DNA of 64,000 nucleotides from an uncultured Nitrososphaerales archaeon (GCA_963706445.1 OY970160.1:1632001-1696000); one strand, 5' to 3'. Numbered from the stretch's first letter, positions 1-10,535 are shown. Numbers and translations: made by a program. The notes: generated from the letters alone by a model not told the origin.

Positions 1-98
1 TTTGATGGTAACCAATTTCCTCATTTCTGGAAGTGTGGGCAAAGACCAAGCACCTAGCAGAAATTCTGGGGAGGTTCAGGCTTCAGCAATTTGTTGGC

Positions 99-2078
99 TC
101 AGCTGCCTACGTATTGGATGGTCTGGAAGAACGGAACCGAATTCTGGGCGTCCCAGGAGGGGTCGAACATCATCGTGTTCTTGATTACGTGATTGTTCCA
201 AACCGTGGAGCCGCCGTAGACCAGCCAGAGGCCGAACGTTCCGAGCCAATCGTAGGGAGCGTCGTTGTAAATCTGGCGCTGAGCCGCCGTGCAGTCTGTC
301 ACAATCTGGGTCATGTCGGCAGTGGTCCCAAAGTCATTGACGCACTTCTGGACGATTGGGTTCGAGTACCCGGCCCAGTTCCCCCACACAGAGTTATTGC
401 TGACAAAGGCTGACCAGTAATCTGAGGGCGCCCCGTAGGGTCCGAAGCCAAACCCGCCGTCGACCCATGCCAGCTGGCCTATTTGCTGCGCGTCGGCGAC
501 GTTAGTCGAGTAACCTCCGAAGACGGAGAAGTAGTTACCGCTCGTCTCCGTTTCAATGGTCACCTGGATTCCGATCTGGGAGAGATCGGACTGGATGACT
601 TGGGCTCCATTGGAACAGAGTTCGCACTCTGCAACTATCTTCAGCACAAGCGGCTGCATCGTCGCCACGTTCACCCCTGATTCGGTCAGGTACTGCTGGG
701 CCAGAGTCAGGTTGAATTGATATGGAGTTAAACCGCCGAGATCGTAGAACTGAGACCATGAGGGAAATTCCGGTCCTACGAATTGGCTGTTAGCGCCCAG
801 GAAGGCTTTCTGGTTTAGCTCGGTATAGTTTATCGCATGAACGATCGCTTGACGGAATGCAGTAATGTTGGTGGGATACACGTTTACATTCAGCCCGAGC
901 GGATCTACCTCGCCACTCCAGGCTGGAAGGGTTAGGTAGGAGAACTGACTGTTTGATGTGACTAGGTTCCAGTCGCTCTGTTGGATTTCCGAAATCTGCA
1001 CGGCACCAGTCGATAGGTCGGTGTACCTCGACACGTCGTCCGGCTTGTAATACACGTCTACGTTCTTAACGTACCCTGGACCAAGGAGCGGCTGCTGAGC
1101 GATCTGGGCGGCCGTCAGGTTGCGTCCCCAGTAGGTGGGGTTCTGGGTGAATGTCGTGTATGAATTAGTTACCGCACTTACCACCTTGTACGGGCCGGTC
1201 CCTGGAATCGGCACCGTCTCGAATGGGGCGTTGTTGGGAGACGCCGGCGTTCCAAATCCTCCATGTTCAAGGACGTACTGAGAGTCGTAGAGTAATCCGG
1301 CGTAGGACAAGCCTGTTCCCGCCACCCATGGAAACGGTCCCTTCAGATGGAAGACGAGGGTGTATGCATCGGGAGCATAAATCGGCCAATTACTGTTCGA
1401 CATGACAGCAATTGCCGATTGGGATGGGTTGACCAAGCCTCCGGTCTGGTTGATCATCGATATGGTGGCCGGACCAAAAACGACGCCTGTGTAGTCGAAT
1501 ATGTTGTAATTGTTGAGCCAACCGGATGCATTCCCCTCCAGGTAGTACGTTGCGTAGAACTGCATCCATACTTGGTATGAGTTGAACGGGTCGCCGTTCG
1601 AAAATGTGACGCCGTGCCTTAGGTGGAAGGTCCAGACCGTGCTGTCTTGTGAAGAAGTCCAGTTCGAGGCAAGACCCGGCAGGAACTGCCAAGTGCCATG
1701 GTGCCAGAGGGCGGACTCGTTCACTGTGGTAAGCGTCTGATAAACGTCATATTCCTGATAATTAGGATACGGGTTGTACCAGCCCGTTATCTGGCTTAGC
1801 CCCCCGATCGGATACGCTTCTGCATCTATGGAAACAGTGTTCGGGACTGAAGTGGTCTGCGTTGAGGTTGTCGACTGAGTCGAGGTGGTGGTCGTAGTCG
1901 TCGACTGGGAGGATGAGCTCGTTGTATTCTGCGAGGAGCTCGAAGTGGTAGTGCTGGAGCTTGAGGCCCCGCTGCTAAGGTAGTATGCGGCGACGACACC
2001 CGCCAATATTACAATGACAACAATAACAACAGCGGAAACGGTTTTTGTAATCGCCCTCCGATAGAGAGACAGCTGCAA
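99..2078 (-). CDS. ABC transporter substrate-binding protein, family 5 (oligo/dipeptide type), membrane-anchored
   Basis: N-terminal TM helix, long Ser/Thr linker, SBP_bac_5 signature PGLASNW...WTFHLRHGVTFSNGDPF, GTGPYK motif; TATA-like box ~2107-2114. Confidence 0.9.
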   Translation of the reverse strand: MQLSLYRRAITKTVSAVVIVVIVILAGVVAAYYLSSGASSSSTTTSSSSQNTTSSSSQSTTTTTTSTQSTTSTQTTSVPNTVSIDAEAYPIGGLSQITGWYNPYPNYQEYDVYQTLTTVNESALWHHGTWQFLPGLASNWTSSQDSTVWTFHLRHGVTFSNGDPFNSYQVWMQFYATYYLEGNASGWLNNYNIFDYTGVVFGPATISMINQTGGLVNPSQSAIAVMSNSNWPIYAPDAYTLVFHLKGPFPWVAGTGLSYAGLLYDSQYVLEHGGFGTPASPNNAPFETVPIPGTGPYKVVSAVTNSYTTFTQNPTYWGRNLTAAQIAQQPLLGPGYVKNVDVYYKPDDVSRYTDLSTGAVQISEIQQSDWNLVTSNSQFSYLTLPAWSGEVDPLGLNVNVYPTNITAFRQAIVHAINYTELNQKAFLGANSQFVGPEFPSWSQFYDLGGLTPYQFNLTLAQQYLTESGVNVATMQPLVLKIVAECELCSNGAQVIQSDLSQIGIQVTIETETSGNYFSVFGGYSTNVADAQQIGQLAWVDGGFGFGPYGAPSDYWSAFVSNNSVWGNWAGYSNPIVQKCVNDFGTTADMTQIVTDCTAAQRQIYNDAPYDWLGTFGLWLVYGGSTVWNNHVIKNTMMFDPSWDAQNSVPFFQTIQYVGS

Positions 2079-2243
2079 CCTGCGTAACGGGTTAGGGGCG
2101 TTGGGATATTAAGCGTTTGGCGCGCTCTGTTCTTGGTGCACTAATCATGCAAGTACCGCGATTCTCAATCAAAAGCTGCTCGACCGTTTTGACCGCCCCG
2201 CCAAAGATTAAAATCACTCGTCAAGCGCAATCACGTTAGAACT

Positions 2244-3689
2244 TTGCCGGAAACGATCCTGAACTACGTCGGCGGAAAATGGACCGGTTCAGAGACGAGG
2301 GAGACTTTCGAAGTAAGCGATCCGGCGACAGCTGAGGTCCTAGCGAAGGCGCAGAAGTCCTCCACTGATGATGTGCGGGAAGCCATCGAATACGCGGCGA
2401 AGACGAGGGAGAATGGAATATGGGCAAACAATCCAAGGCAAAGGGCCCTCGCGATGTTGAAGTTGGCCGACATGATGGAGGCCGATGCTGAAACGCTTTC
2501 CCGGCAGCTTACGCTTGAGAATGGCAAGCCCTTGAAACTTTCAAGAGGGGAGATCAACAGCTCGATTGACCACATCAGGTTCTACGGAGGACTGAGCCGT
2601 GCCCTCTACGGACGTGCCATCGGAGTAGAGGAGACATCCTACAGCATAATCTCACGCGAACCGATGGGCATAGTCGGACACATAGTTCCCTGGAACTACC
2701 CAATCTTGCTGATGTTCAGATCACTTGCTGCTTCGCTTGCCGCTGGCAACATTTGCATCGTGAAGCCTGCAAGCTACACCCCCCTCACCGCCGCTCTGAT
2801 AATGCAGATGGTCGACAGGATACCGGGCTTCCCCAAAGGCGTCCTAAGTTACATCACTGGACCTGGACCTGTTGTTGGCGCGGAGATTGCGCGCAACCCG
2901 GAGGTCGACATGGTCACACTGACCGGCGATAACAAGACTGGGAAAGAGATACTCAGGCTAGCTTCGGAAAGCGTCAAAAAGGTTGCCTTGGAACTGGGAG
3001 GGAAATCTCCCAACATCGTTTTCCCGGACGCGGACCCGAAGAAAGCGATGGCTGGGGCCCTGTCAGGCGCCTTCCTAGTCTCCGGCCAGGTTTGCATGGC
3101 AGGATCAAGAGTGTTGGTCGAACGTGCCATCCACGACGACTTTGTCAAGTCGTTCAAGGCAGCTGCCAGCAAGATGAAAATTGGTAACGGCCTGGACGAG
3201 TCGACCGAACTCGGTCCGATTATTTCACGACAGCAGATGGAGCATATCCTTGAGTTCGTTGAAGAGGGAAAGAAGAACGCTGTTCTGGTGACGGGCGGGA
3301 GGCAGGTCACGGAGGCGGCATTATCCAAGGGGAACTTCATCGAGCCCACAATCTTCGATAACGTTCCAAACGATTCCAAGCTCGGGCAGGAGGAGATTTT
3401 CGGCCCTGTGGCTTCAGTGATGCAGTTCGAGGACGAGGAGGAAGCAGTCAAGATGGCGAACGACACCAAGTTCGGATTGGCGGCCGCGATATGGACCAAG
3501 GACATCTCCAGGGCCTTTAGGCTGAGCAGAAGGATTCGGGCTGGAACTGTATGGGTGAATGCTTACGGCAAGGTGTATGCGGAAACGGAGTATGGCGGGT
3601 ACAAGCAGAGCGGAATCGGAAGGGAGAGAGGGCTGGATGGAATCTACGAATTTACTCAGGCGAAACACATCTATTTCGGGTTAGATTAG
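2244..3689 (+). CDS. NAD(P)-dependent aldehyde dehydrogenase
   Basis: PWNYP, KPAS, LELGGKSP (catalytic Glu), GQVC (catalytic Cys), EEIFGPV, YGGYKQSG. Confidence 0.95.
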   Translation: MPETILNYVGGKWTGSETRETFEVSDPATAEVLAKAQKSSTDDVREAIEYAAKTRENGIWANNPRQRALAMLKLADMMEADAETLSRQLTLENGKPLKLSRGEINSSIDHIRFYGGLSRALYGRAIGVEETSYSIISREPMGIVGHIVPWNYPILLMFRSLAASLAAGNICIVKPASYTPLTAALIMQMVDRIPGFPKGVLSYITGPGPVVGAEIARNPEVDMVTLTGDNKTGKEILRLASESVKKVALELGGKSPNIVFPDADPKKAMAGALSGAFLVSGQVCMAGSRVLVERAIHDDFVKSFKAAASKMKIGNGLDESTELGPIISRQQMEHILEFVEEGKKNAVLVTGGRQVTEAALSKGNFIEPTIFDNVPNDSKLGQEEIFGPVASVMQFEDEEEAVKMANDTKFGLAAAIWTKDISRAFRLSRRIRAGTVWVNAYGKVYAETEYGGYKQSGIGRERGLDGIYEFTQAKHIYFGLD

Positions 3690-3748
3690 ACGGTTCTCCG
3701 GATCCGACGGAGGGAAGGTCAAGGACAAGAAGTTGAGTTCATTACCAA

Positions 3749-4075
3749 CTACTTTGACGTGGTGGGGCCTCCGGAGCGACGACCTACCATGGTTGCTAGC
3801 CGCTGAAGGAGAAGCCCGATGAGTTCAACGAGCTTCTCTTCGACTTCGTTTCTGGAGTTGCTTATGCAGTCGCCTAAATATCGTGACTCTCGAGCATCGA
3901 GAGCTATCAGACTTCGAGAAAGAAGGATACAAAGCCATCTTCTGTTAACATTCGAGGTATTCTCCAACCCAAGGGCGGTCTCCCAAAGGTCGAAGTCTTC
4001 GATAGTCACTGGCTGCCAGATAACTTGGCAAGGGCAGCCAGACAATGCTGCAATTAGCATTGATTTCGAGGACAA
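3749..4075 (-). CDS. Hypothetical protein (weak call)
   Basis: 108-aa ORF filling the gap downstream of the TrmB gene in the same orientation; no recognisable motif. Confidence 0.3.
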   Translation of the reverse strand: MSSKSMLIAALSGCPCQVIWQPVTIEDFDLWETALGLENTSNVNRRWLCILLSRSLIALDARESRYLGDCISNSRNEVEEKLVELIGLLLQRLATMVGRRSGGPTTSK

Positions 4076-4181
4076 CCCAGCTAATAGTCCAGTTGGCGGA
4101 CACGCTTGGGACCATGGCCGACCTCTGCCTTTCTATGGATAGATAGTCGCAGGGATATTGGCGCTAACACGCCAGTCGTAA

Positions 4182-4997
4182 CTAGGTTCGCAAACTCATG
4201 GACTTCATGGTCGGGGCGGCGGGTGCGGCCAGGAACCAGGCCGAATCGAAGGATGCCGCGAGCATCTTCACGAATGACTCCCCGTTTGACCAGAGCGCGA
4301 CGTGTTCTGTGATGTCCTCTTCCAGGGCATCGTTGATCGCAAGAGCCACTGAGCCAACCTTCATGTCGTAAATCGACGCGTTGGTCGACTGATTTCTTAC
4401 GTGACGGACCTCGGCTATTTTGCCCAGAATCCTGATGTCTTTGGCGTTTGCCCTGGTGATCTCGGTTATCACCCTGAACCTCACACCTTCCTTCGCCTTC
4501 TGGCTCATGACCGAGACGAAGTCCCTGAACCTGCTCAGCCGGATGAGGCCATTGGATGACATGAGGAATGATACTTCGGTGGTGCATCCTGATATCGATT
4601 CTATCATGCGGAGATAGGTCCTGACCCTTCCCTTCATCACAGAGAAGGTTTCCGCATTAGGTGGCGTTTCTCGTTCCGATTGGGAAAGATTGGTCAGGAC
4701 CGAGTCCCTCATCTCTTCAAGTTTTCTCAGTTTGACGGTCTGAAGGTTGAACAGGCGGTCAATTGCGTCCCTGGGATCAATCGGCTTGAACTTCGTTGGC
4801 GAGTCGACGGTCGGGTCTACCAGCCCCAGCAGCTGAAGCCTCTGCAAGAGATGATGTGTGTTGCTTCGCTCCTTTTCGGCCAGGGCCGCAATTTCGGTCG
4901 TGGTGGCGACGCCAAGTCTTGCTGCCGCGAGGTACACCTTGGCTTCCGAGCTTGTTAGGCCCATGTCCACAAGAGCAGTCAGAAGCTCGCTGCTCAT
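4182..4997 (-). CDS. TrmB family transcriptional regulator
   Basis: LVDMGLTSSEAKVYLA winged HTH and C-terminal PLD-like effector domain (GVRFRVIT...EVRH...IYD); ATG at 4997 fits a TATA at 5029-5034. Confidence 0.88.
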   Translation of the reverse strand: MSSELLTALVDMGLTSSEAKVYLAAARLGVATTTEIAALAEKERSNTHHLLQRLQLLGLVDPTVDSPTKFKPIDPRDAIDRLFNLQTVKLRKLEEMRDSVLTNLSQSERETPPNAETFSVMKGRVRTYLRMIESISGCTTEVSFLMSSNGLIRLSRFRDFVSVMSQKAKEGVRFRVITEITRANAKDIRILGKIAEVRHVRNQSTNASIYDMKVGSVALAINDALEEDITEHVALWSNGESFVKMLAASFDSAWFLAAPAAPTMKSMSLRT

Positions 4998-5000
4998 GTT

Positions 5001-5034
5001 GTGTGTGTTGTGTAACACACACTTATCCTTTTAT
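5001..5034. promoter_or_regulatory. Perfect 9-4-9 inverted repeat GTGTGTGTT-gtgt-AACACACAC next to a shared TATA-like TTTTAT of the divergent TrmB/ParB genes
   Basis: Arms at 5001-5009 and 5014-5022 lie between the TrmB ATG (4997) and TTTTAT (5029-5034); ParB GTG at 5058. Confidence 0.65.
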
Positions 5035-5057
5035 TCGCTGAGAACCTCTTGGCTGCC

Positions 5058-5963
5058 GTGGTCACTCGCCTGAATGACTACCTCAACGCCGTCAGTGTTT
5101 TTGAGCGCCTCGAAATAGGGCTGATTTCATTTTCTCCCAATCCGATAAGGCAACACAAGGATGATGATCTGTTCGACCTGACTGCTTCAATCCAAGAGCA
5201 CGGGCTTTTGGAGCCGATCATAGTCAGGCCGAAGGGGAATGGGTTCGAGGTAGTTGCCGGCAACCGTCGCCTCAAGGCATGCCGGCTTCTCAGGTTTCGC
5301 AGGGTCAATTGCATTGTCTCCAATCTTGACGATGCCGACGCCTATGAGGTATCACTGATCGAGAACGTGCAGAGACGGACCCTCAACCCCCTCGATGAAG
5401 CAGAGGCCTTCAAGAAGTACTGCAAAGAGTTCGGCTGGGGGAGCCAGACCAAGCTTGCGAAGAAGCTGGGGAAGAGTCAGGAATACATTTCGCATCGGCT
5501 CAAGCTCCTTGACCTGCCGGAAGAAGCAAAACAAGAGTTGCTCAGCGGGAGGCTGAGCCCAGCGGCCGCGCAAGAGCTCGTCTGGCTGAAGTCAGATGAC
5601 AGGTGCATCGCCGCCCTTGGATTTCTGAAGGAGACCGAATTGAACACCAGAACGGTAAGGAGGTTGGTCCGCGACCTCAACGCGCCGGAGTCCTCCCGAA
5701 TAGGGACCGGCTTCGAGGTCTCCCCTAACGAATACAACAACGGCCAGGGGAAGAACTTCATCGAAGAAGCCGTCCTGATCATGAGGATCTCACTGGCAAG
5801 GCTTGACTGGCTGGTGACGAAGGTCCCAGACGCTCAGTTGAAGACAGTCCTGCTCATGAAAAGGTCTGCGCTGAACAGCATAATCGACGATTTGATTCGG
5901 ATAAAGATGAGCGAAATCTACCAGTCGCGTACGACTCCGGCGATCGCACTCAGGGCCGGCTAG
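5058..5963 (+). CDS. parB: ParB/RepB/Spo0J family protein (orphan, no adjacent ParA)
   Basis: NPIRQ...LTASIQEHGLLEPIIVRP...VAGNRRLKA (GxRR CTP motif), ENVQRRTLNPLDEA, HTH QTKLAKKLGKSQEYISHRLKLL; alternative start TTG 5049. Confidence 0.9.
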   Translation: MVTRLNDYLNAVSVFERLEIGLISFSPNPIRQHKDDDLFDLTASIQEHGLLEPIIVRPKGNGFEVVAGNRRLKACRLLRFRRVNCIVSNLDDADAYEVSLIENVQRRTLNPLDEAEAFKKYCKEFGWGSQTKLAKKLGKSQEYISHRLKLLDLPEEAKQELLSGRLSPAAAQELVWLKSDDRCIAALGFLKETELNTRTVRRLVRDLNAPESSRIGTGFEVSPNEYNNGQGKNFIEEAVLIMRISLARLDWLVTKVPDAQLKTVLLMKRSALNSIIDDLIRIKMSEIYQSRTTPAIALRAG

Positions 5964-5979
5964 TGCGCATTCGAATCTC

Positions 5980-7158
5980 TCATCGCTGAGAGAGGTATTC
6001 GATGATCGAGTCGTGGGCGATTGCAATTGAGGTGAGCAGAGCCTCCTCAGCCTCCGCCGCGCCAGCGCATTTCTTCCATTCCTCCGAATGGCCTGGAAGC
6101 CCTTCCCGCCCGACTTTGACCGAGAGGTGCACCGTCGGGATTATCTGCGAAACGTTCGAAATGTCGCTGGAAGCGACGGCGAGGTTCGACCATGACTCGT
6201 CGGGGGAGCCCACTTTGTCCAAGTATTCTGACGCGTGCTTGTAGTACAATCCTTCAAGTTCAGGGTGTCGTTTGAACGAGTCGAGAAACTTTCCAAGCCG
6301 GGTCCATTCTACCGTGCATCCGGTCATGGTCGCCGCCCCCTGTGCTATCTGCAGTATCCTCCCTTCAAGCTCGAGCACGTAGGACGTGTCATTCGAGCGG
6401 ATGTCCATCCAAACCTCCGATCTTCCGGGAACGACGTTTGGCAGAGCACCTCCGTCCTTTATGATGGCGCTCAGAATCACGTCCTTGTCCCTCCTAACCA
6501 GATTGCGCAGCATCTTCGCCTGCATGTAGAACTGTACGGCTGCATCCAGAGCATTCAGTCCGTCCTGCGGCGAAAGCGCTGCGTGCGAGTCCCTTCCATG
6601 GAAGACGAATGAGATCCGGGTTGACGCTAGCATCCGCCACCCCACCCCCCACACTCCCATGGGGTGCATCGAGAAGACGGCCTCCGTGCCGAGTTCCTTG
6701 AGCCTGGGGCCGATGGCGATTTTGGATTGGGCGTACTTGCCGTATCCCTCTTCTGCGGGGCTCCCGGCCACGTAGAGCGTCCCGCGCGGGAGCCCTTCCT
6801 TGGCCAGTGAAGCGGCGACGCCGAAGGCCCATGCGGCCATCAGGTTGTGGCCGCAGCCATGGCCGATGGGAAGGGCGTCGTACTCGGCGAAGATCGCGAC
6901 CTTTGGTTCCCCGCTCCCCATCTCGGCCAGAAAGGACGTCTCCATTCCGAGGAAGTTGTCTGTCACCTTGAAACCTTTGTCTCCCAGCTTCGAAGTGAGC
7001 AGTTTCGATGCTTGGAACTCCTCGCTCCCGAGCTCTGGATGCGCGTAAACGAAGCGAGAGACACCCCTAATCTCGCTGTCCAGGTCGCTCACGGCAGATG
7101 GTAGCTCCTTCTTTCTGGCGGTGATGTATCCAAGATCCTGCGAGATGTCTGCGTTCAT
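5980..7158 (-). CDS. M20 amidohydrolase (ACY1L2/AbgB-like)
   Basis: HPELGSEE, EYDALP..HGCGHN, PAEE, MHP, GHS motifs. Confidence 0.9.
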   Translation of the reverse strand: MNADISQDLGYITARKKELPSAVSDLDSEIRGVSRFVYAHPELGSEEFQASKLLTSKLGDKGFKVTDNFLGMETSFLAEMGSGEPKVAIFAEYDALPIGHGCGHNLMAAWAFGVAASLAKEGLPRGTLYVAGSPAEEGYGKYAQSKIAIGPRLKELGTEAVFSMHPMGVWGVGWRMLASTRISFVFHGRDSHAALSPQDGLNALDAAVQFYMQAKMLRNLVRRDKDVILSAIIKDGGALPNVVPGRSEVWMDIRSNDTSYVLELEGRILQIAQGAATMTGCTVEWTRLGKFLDSFKRHPELEGLYYKHASEYLDKVGSPDESWSNLAVASSDISNVSQIIPTVHLSVKVGREGLPGHSEEWKKCAGAAEAEEALLTSIAIAHDSIIEYLSQR

Positions 7159-7311
7159 TCAATCTGTTGCTCGTTCCAAGATATTAATGGATTCTGAAAG
7201 AGGGTCTTTGCAAAGGAGCCGGTCCTGACAGGGCGGTCAACCTTCGTTCTACTCTTCAGATTTGTCGCTCGGCCTGAAACCCGTTTATATCGCCGCTTGA
7301 TAATTTCGTTC

Positions 7312-7818
7312 GTGCCTGGCGAAGAAGAGCTCGCAAAGGTGGTCAAGGAGTACTTGCAGAAAAGGGGCCAAGCCACCGACAAGGAGTTCCTGTTGGCGAC
7401 CGAACGATCCGATTTGAGAATAGTAAGCGGGCTCAAGTTCGAGGCCCGCAGGCGACAGTTCATGTTCTATGTTGATGAGCCGCCGGAAAGAGGAGGAACG
7501 GACGCGGGCCCTAGTCCATTGGCTTACTTCATTGCAGGGGCTGCGTCGTGCCTTCTCAATCAGTTTTCTATGTTGGCCATGGGGAGGGACATTCGGCTGC
7601 GTGGGACGTTGTCTGCCAGGGCCAACTTCGACAGGAGGCTCGGAGGGTCCTTCGAGTCGATCGAATACGACATCAAGCTGGAAAGCACAGCGCCTGCGGA
7701 CGAAATTCTCAGGATTTCCAAGGAGGCGCTTGGCATGTGCTACGCCAACAACACGCTGAGGCGGGCAGGCGTCATCATAACGGCTATCGTCTCTCTGAAC
7801 GGGAAACCGGTCTCATAG
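7312..7818 (+). CDS. OsmC/Ohr family protein
   Basis: VDEPPERGGTDAGPSP...ASC and second Cys in MCYANNT; GTG start after TTTATA box. Confidence 0.85.
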   Translation: MPGEEELAKVVKEYLQKRGQATDKEFLLATERSDLRIVSGLKFEARRRQFMFYVDEPPERGGTDAGPSPLAYFIAGAASCLLNQFSMLAMGRDIRLRGTLSARANFDRRLGGSFESIEYDIKLESTAPADEILRISKEALGMCYANNTLRRAGVIITAIVSLNGKPVS

Positions 7819-7833
7819 GTCGCGAGACAGCCG

Positions 7834-8784
7834 CTAGCCCGAAAGGAATTGGAACGAATCAACCTTCTTTTCTCCTAGAGTCACGAGCACACTGCGCAGA
7901 ATACCCTCTGAGTACTCGCTCCCCGGATTCAGGCAGACCGTCCTCCCGATTTTGTCAACGCCTCTCGACTCGTGGATGTGGCCGTGTAACGAAAGTACGG
8001 GTTGGTAGGTTTCAATTGCCTTCTTGACCGCTGAGGATCCTCCGGCGGCGTCTACCCCGGCTATCGGTTTTGGCGGGTCGAACGAGGTGTCCAGCTTGGT
8101 GCATCGGTCGAGCATGGTATCGATGGGCGGGCAATGAAGGTTGAATATCGCAGACTCTCTGTTTTGCACCTTCTGGGCCATCGAGTCGATTTTGGAGTAA
8201 AGCTCGTCTTCTGTGATGTCCCTCGGACATTTCCAAGGAGTGATATTGGTGTAGCCCGAGGAGATCATTTCGTGGGTCTCTCCGATTATCTGGACCTTGT
8301 TTTCCGCGAAGATTAACGACTCTGACGCTGCTAACACTTCGTCGAGTTCGAGGTAGTCATCGTTCCCGCCAGTGACGTAGACGTCGATACCGATTCCGGC
8401 AAGCCTTTCCTTCGCAATCCTGCTCCATTCCTTCAACCTCTTCGCTGTGGCATAGTGGAAGAGCGAGTTCGAATATTCCAAGTCAGTCCCAAGCTTGGCG
8501 ACTTCCTCTTCGGAGAGGTCCACCGGATAGTATCCGCAGTCCTCGATCGCTTTCCATACTTCCTGCCGTTTCGCATCCGAGTCAATCGTATGCACTTGAC
8601 CGTTGAATTCTGCCGTCGCTAGACCGTTGGACTTCACGACTGGTACGACAACCTTTCCAGTCAGGTCTCCCCCGATTATCCCCACGTCGGCCTTGTAGAG
8701 CTTTAGGGCGTTGAGGAACTTAAGAAAAGCTCTCCGCGACCCATGGAGGTCGGTCACGAAGAGTATTCTGACAGGCTTCGCCAT
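7834..8784 (-). CDS. Calcineurin-like metallophosphoesterase (Icc-related)
   Basis: TDLHG, GGDLT, GGND, LHCPP, GHIHE, NPGS motifs. Confidence 0.9.
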   Translation of the reverse strand: MAKPVRILFVTDLHGSRRAFLKFLNALKLYKADVGIIGGDLTGKVVVPVVKSNGLATAEFNGQVHTIDSDAKRQEVWKAIEDCGYYPVDLSEEEVAKLGTDLEYSNSLFHYATAKRLKEWSRIAKERLAGIGIDVYVTGGNDDYLELDEVLAASESLIFAENKVQIIGETHEMISSGYTNITPWKCPRDITEDELYSKIDSMAQKVQNRESAIFNLHCPPIDTMLDRCTKLDTSFDPPKPIAGVDAAGGSSAVKKAIETYQPVLSLHGHIHESRGVDKIGRTVCLNPGSEYSEGILRSVLVTLGEKKVDSFQFLSG

Positions 8785-8832
8785 ACTAACTCCTTCATTC
8801 TATGATTTCTGGCGCAATAAAGGTTAATGAGG

Positions 8833-10452
8833 TCACTCGGGCGGAATTTCCTTGTAGGCAAGGCCGATGTCTATACCCCTCTTCTTCTGGTACCACTTGA
8901 AGCCGAAGTACCAAAGGAGCCCTACTAGTGCGATACCAAAGATGATCCCCAACCCGTTATACCCGAGGCTTACCTCCAGCTCGGGGATGACGACATATCC
9001 CACGAAGACGAACATGACCAAGGCGAATACGATTAACGAGGATATGAAAAGCAACCCTTTGTACTTGGCAACCAGTGAGTTCTTGTAGATTGACGGGTTC
9101 GTCCATTGGAATAGCATACCGGATAAGCTTGTGCCGAAGAATATGATGGGCCCAGTCCAGACTGCCACGTCGGTCCAGAACGCAATTTGAGCCGGAGTGA
9201 AGTCTACTATGGCAGCCCAGACCAAGACCACAATTGAGGACAGCACTAGGGCGTTCAACGGTGTCTTGAACTTCCTGTTAGGAGAGGACAGAGCAAATGG
9301 TAAGGCGCCGTCGATCGATCCGGCCAGCAGGTATCTGCTCATGTTGGTGATGAAAAGCTGAGCCATGAAGTACCCCGCGACCATAAACCCCACCGATGCA
9401 AGGAACATCACGATCACGTTGCTAGTTGTCATTAACGTGAGAAGCCCGAACGATGGATAGAAGCTGAGAGCTGGTGTGAAGGTTATACCCTGAAACGCCG
9501 CCGCGCTTAGAAATGATGACCCGAGACCGTGTTGGAACCCGGCGAGTTCAGGTATCATCAGGAAGAACGCTTGGAAAGCCCCTCCGGCTACGAATGTTAG
9601 GAACAGGTTCCTGAAATTGTTCGCCCCCTTAATTTCCCCAAAGAACGGCGCGGTCCAGACGGTCCAGAACAAGAAGGAAGTCGCGATGATTATCGCTAGG
9701 TAGATTGTATGCAGCCAACTGAAGGCGGGCGCAGTGAACCCCGCCGATGATGCAGCGTTGATGAGGTTGCCATAAGTGTTTGAAGTCCCGTTGAGAATGA
9801 GGCCGTAGTGATTGAAGTTGGTTTCAAAGGATGACGGAGTCGACGAGAACAGAAGAACCGCTATGACCACTCCAGAAATGATGATTATTGGAAACAGGAT
9901 ATACCTCTGCGAGCGGCCAACCCACTTCAGGCCGGCCACGTTAGCAGCCAAGGCCAACAGGACAAATATGACTGCTATGGTGAAGAGTCCCCAAGGGGAA
10001 CCGGCCCAGGTTCCAGCCGATATCAGCCAAGCGTTCCCCGTCGCAGCCCCAGCCATGGTTAGGAATGGGGAGAATCCAAGTTCAGCTGAGGACAACATGA
10101 GAATTACCAAGAAGACAGGCGCCTGTAAGAAGACGTCCAATGAGATGACGCTGAGAAACGAAAGAATGGGATGAACCCCCCTGCTCTGGAACACATAATC
10201 CCCGCCGGACCTCGGCATCATTGAACCGAAGCTGGCGTACAAAGCATAGGCAGCGAAAGATAGGGCGAATCCAATGATCACTGCGGTTGTCCAGTCGGCT
10301 CCTGGAAGCAGGAATTCGTAGAGTGGGAACAGGAAGAAGTTAGCCGCGAATGGAATTGCGAGACTTATTCCGAAGATGAAAGCGTCGCGTAATGATACGT
10401 CCCGGACAACGCCTGACGTCTTCCTTGCGAAAGCCCCATGGGTTTCGGCCAA
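8833..10452 (-). CDS. APC family amino acid/polyamine permease
   Basis: FARKTSGVVR N-terminus, MPRSGGDYVF motif, ~12 TM segments, KEIPPE C-terminus typical of archaeal APC permeases. Confidence 0.9.
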   Translation of the reverse strand: MAETHGAFARKTSGVVRDVSLRDAFIFGISLAIPFAANFFLFPLYEFLLPGADWTTAVIIGFALSFAAYALYASFGSMMPRSGGDYVFQSRGVHPILSFLSVISLDVFLQAPVFLVILMLSSAELGFSPFLTMAGAATGNAWLISAGTWAGSPWGLFTIAVIFVLLALAANVAGLKWVGRSQRYILFPIIIISGVVIAVLLFSSTPSSFETNFNHYGLILNGTSNTYGNLINAASSAGFTAPAFSWLHTIYLAIIIATSFLFWTVWTAPFFGEIKGANNFRNLFLTFVAGGAFQAFFLMIPELAGFQHGLGSSFLSAAAFQGITFTPALSFYPSFGLLTLMTTSNVIVMFLASVGFMVAGYFMAQLFITNMSRYLLAGSIDGALPFALSSPNRKFKTPLNALVLSSIVVLVWAAIVDFTPAQIAFWTDVAVWTGPIIFFGTSLSGMLFQWTNPSIYKNSLVAKYKGLLFISSLIVFALVMFVFVGYVVIPELEVSLGYNGLGIIFGIALVGLLWYFGFKWYQKKRGIDIGLAYKEIPPE

Positions 10453-10535
10453 GGCCAGCGCACCATTTCACGGTTTAAGGACTTAAGCCTTTATCCCGGC
10501 TCGATGTCTCGGCGAGAACTACTCTCTACGCTTGT

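Noticed and set aside
1-24. Possible minus-strand gene start (ATG at 24, MRKLVTIK)
   Set aside because: Only 8 codons lie inside the window, so it cannot be evaluated
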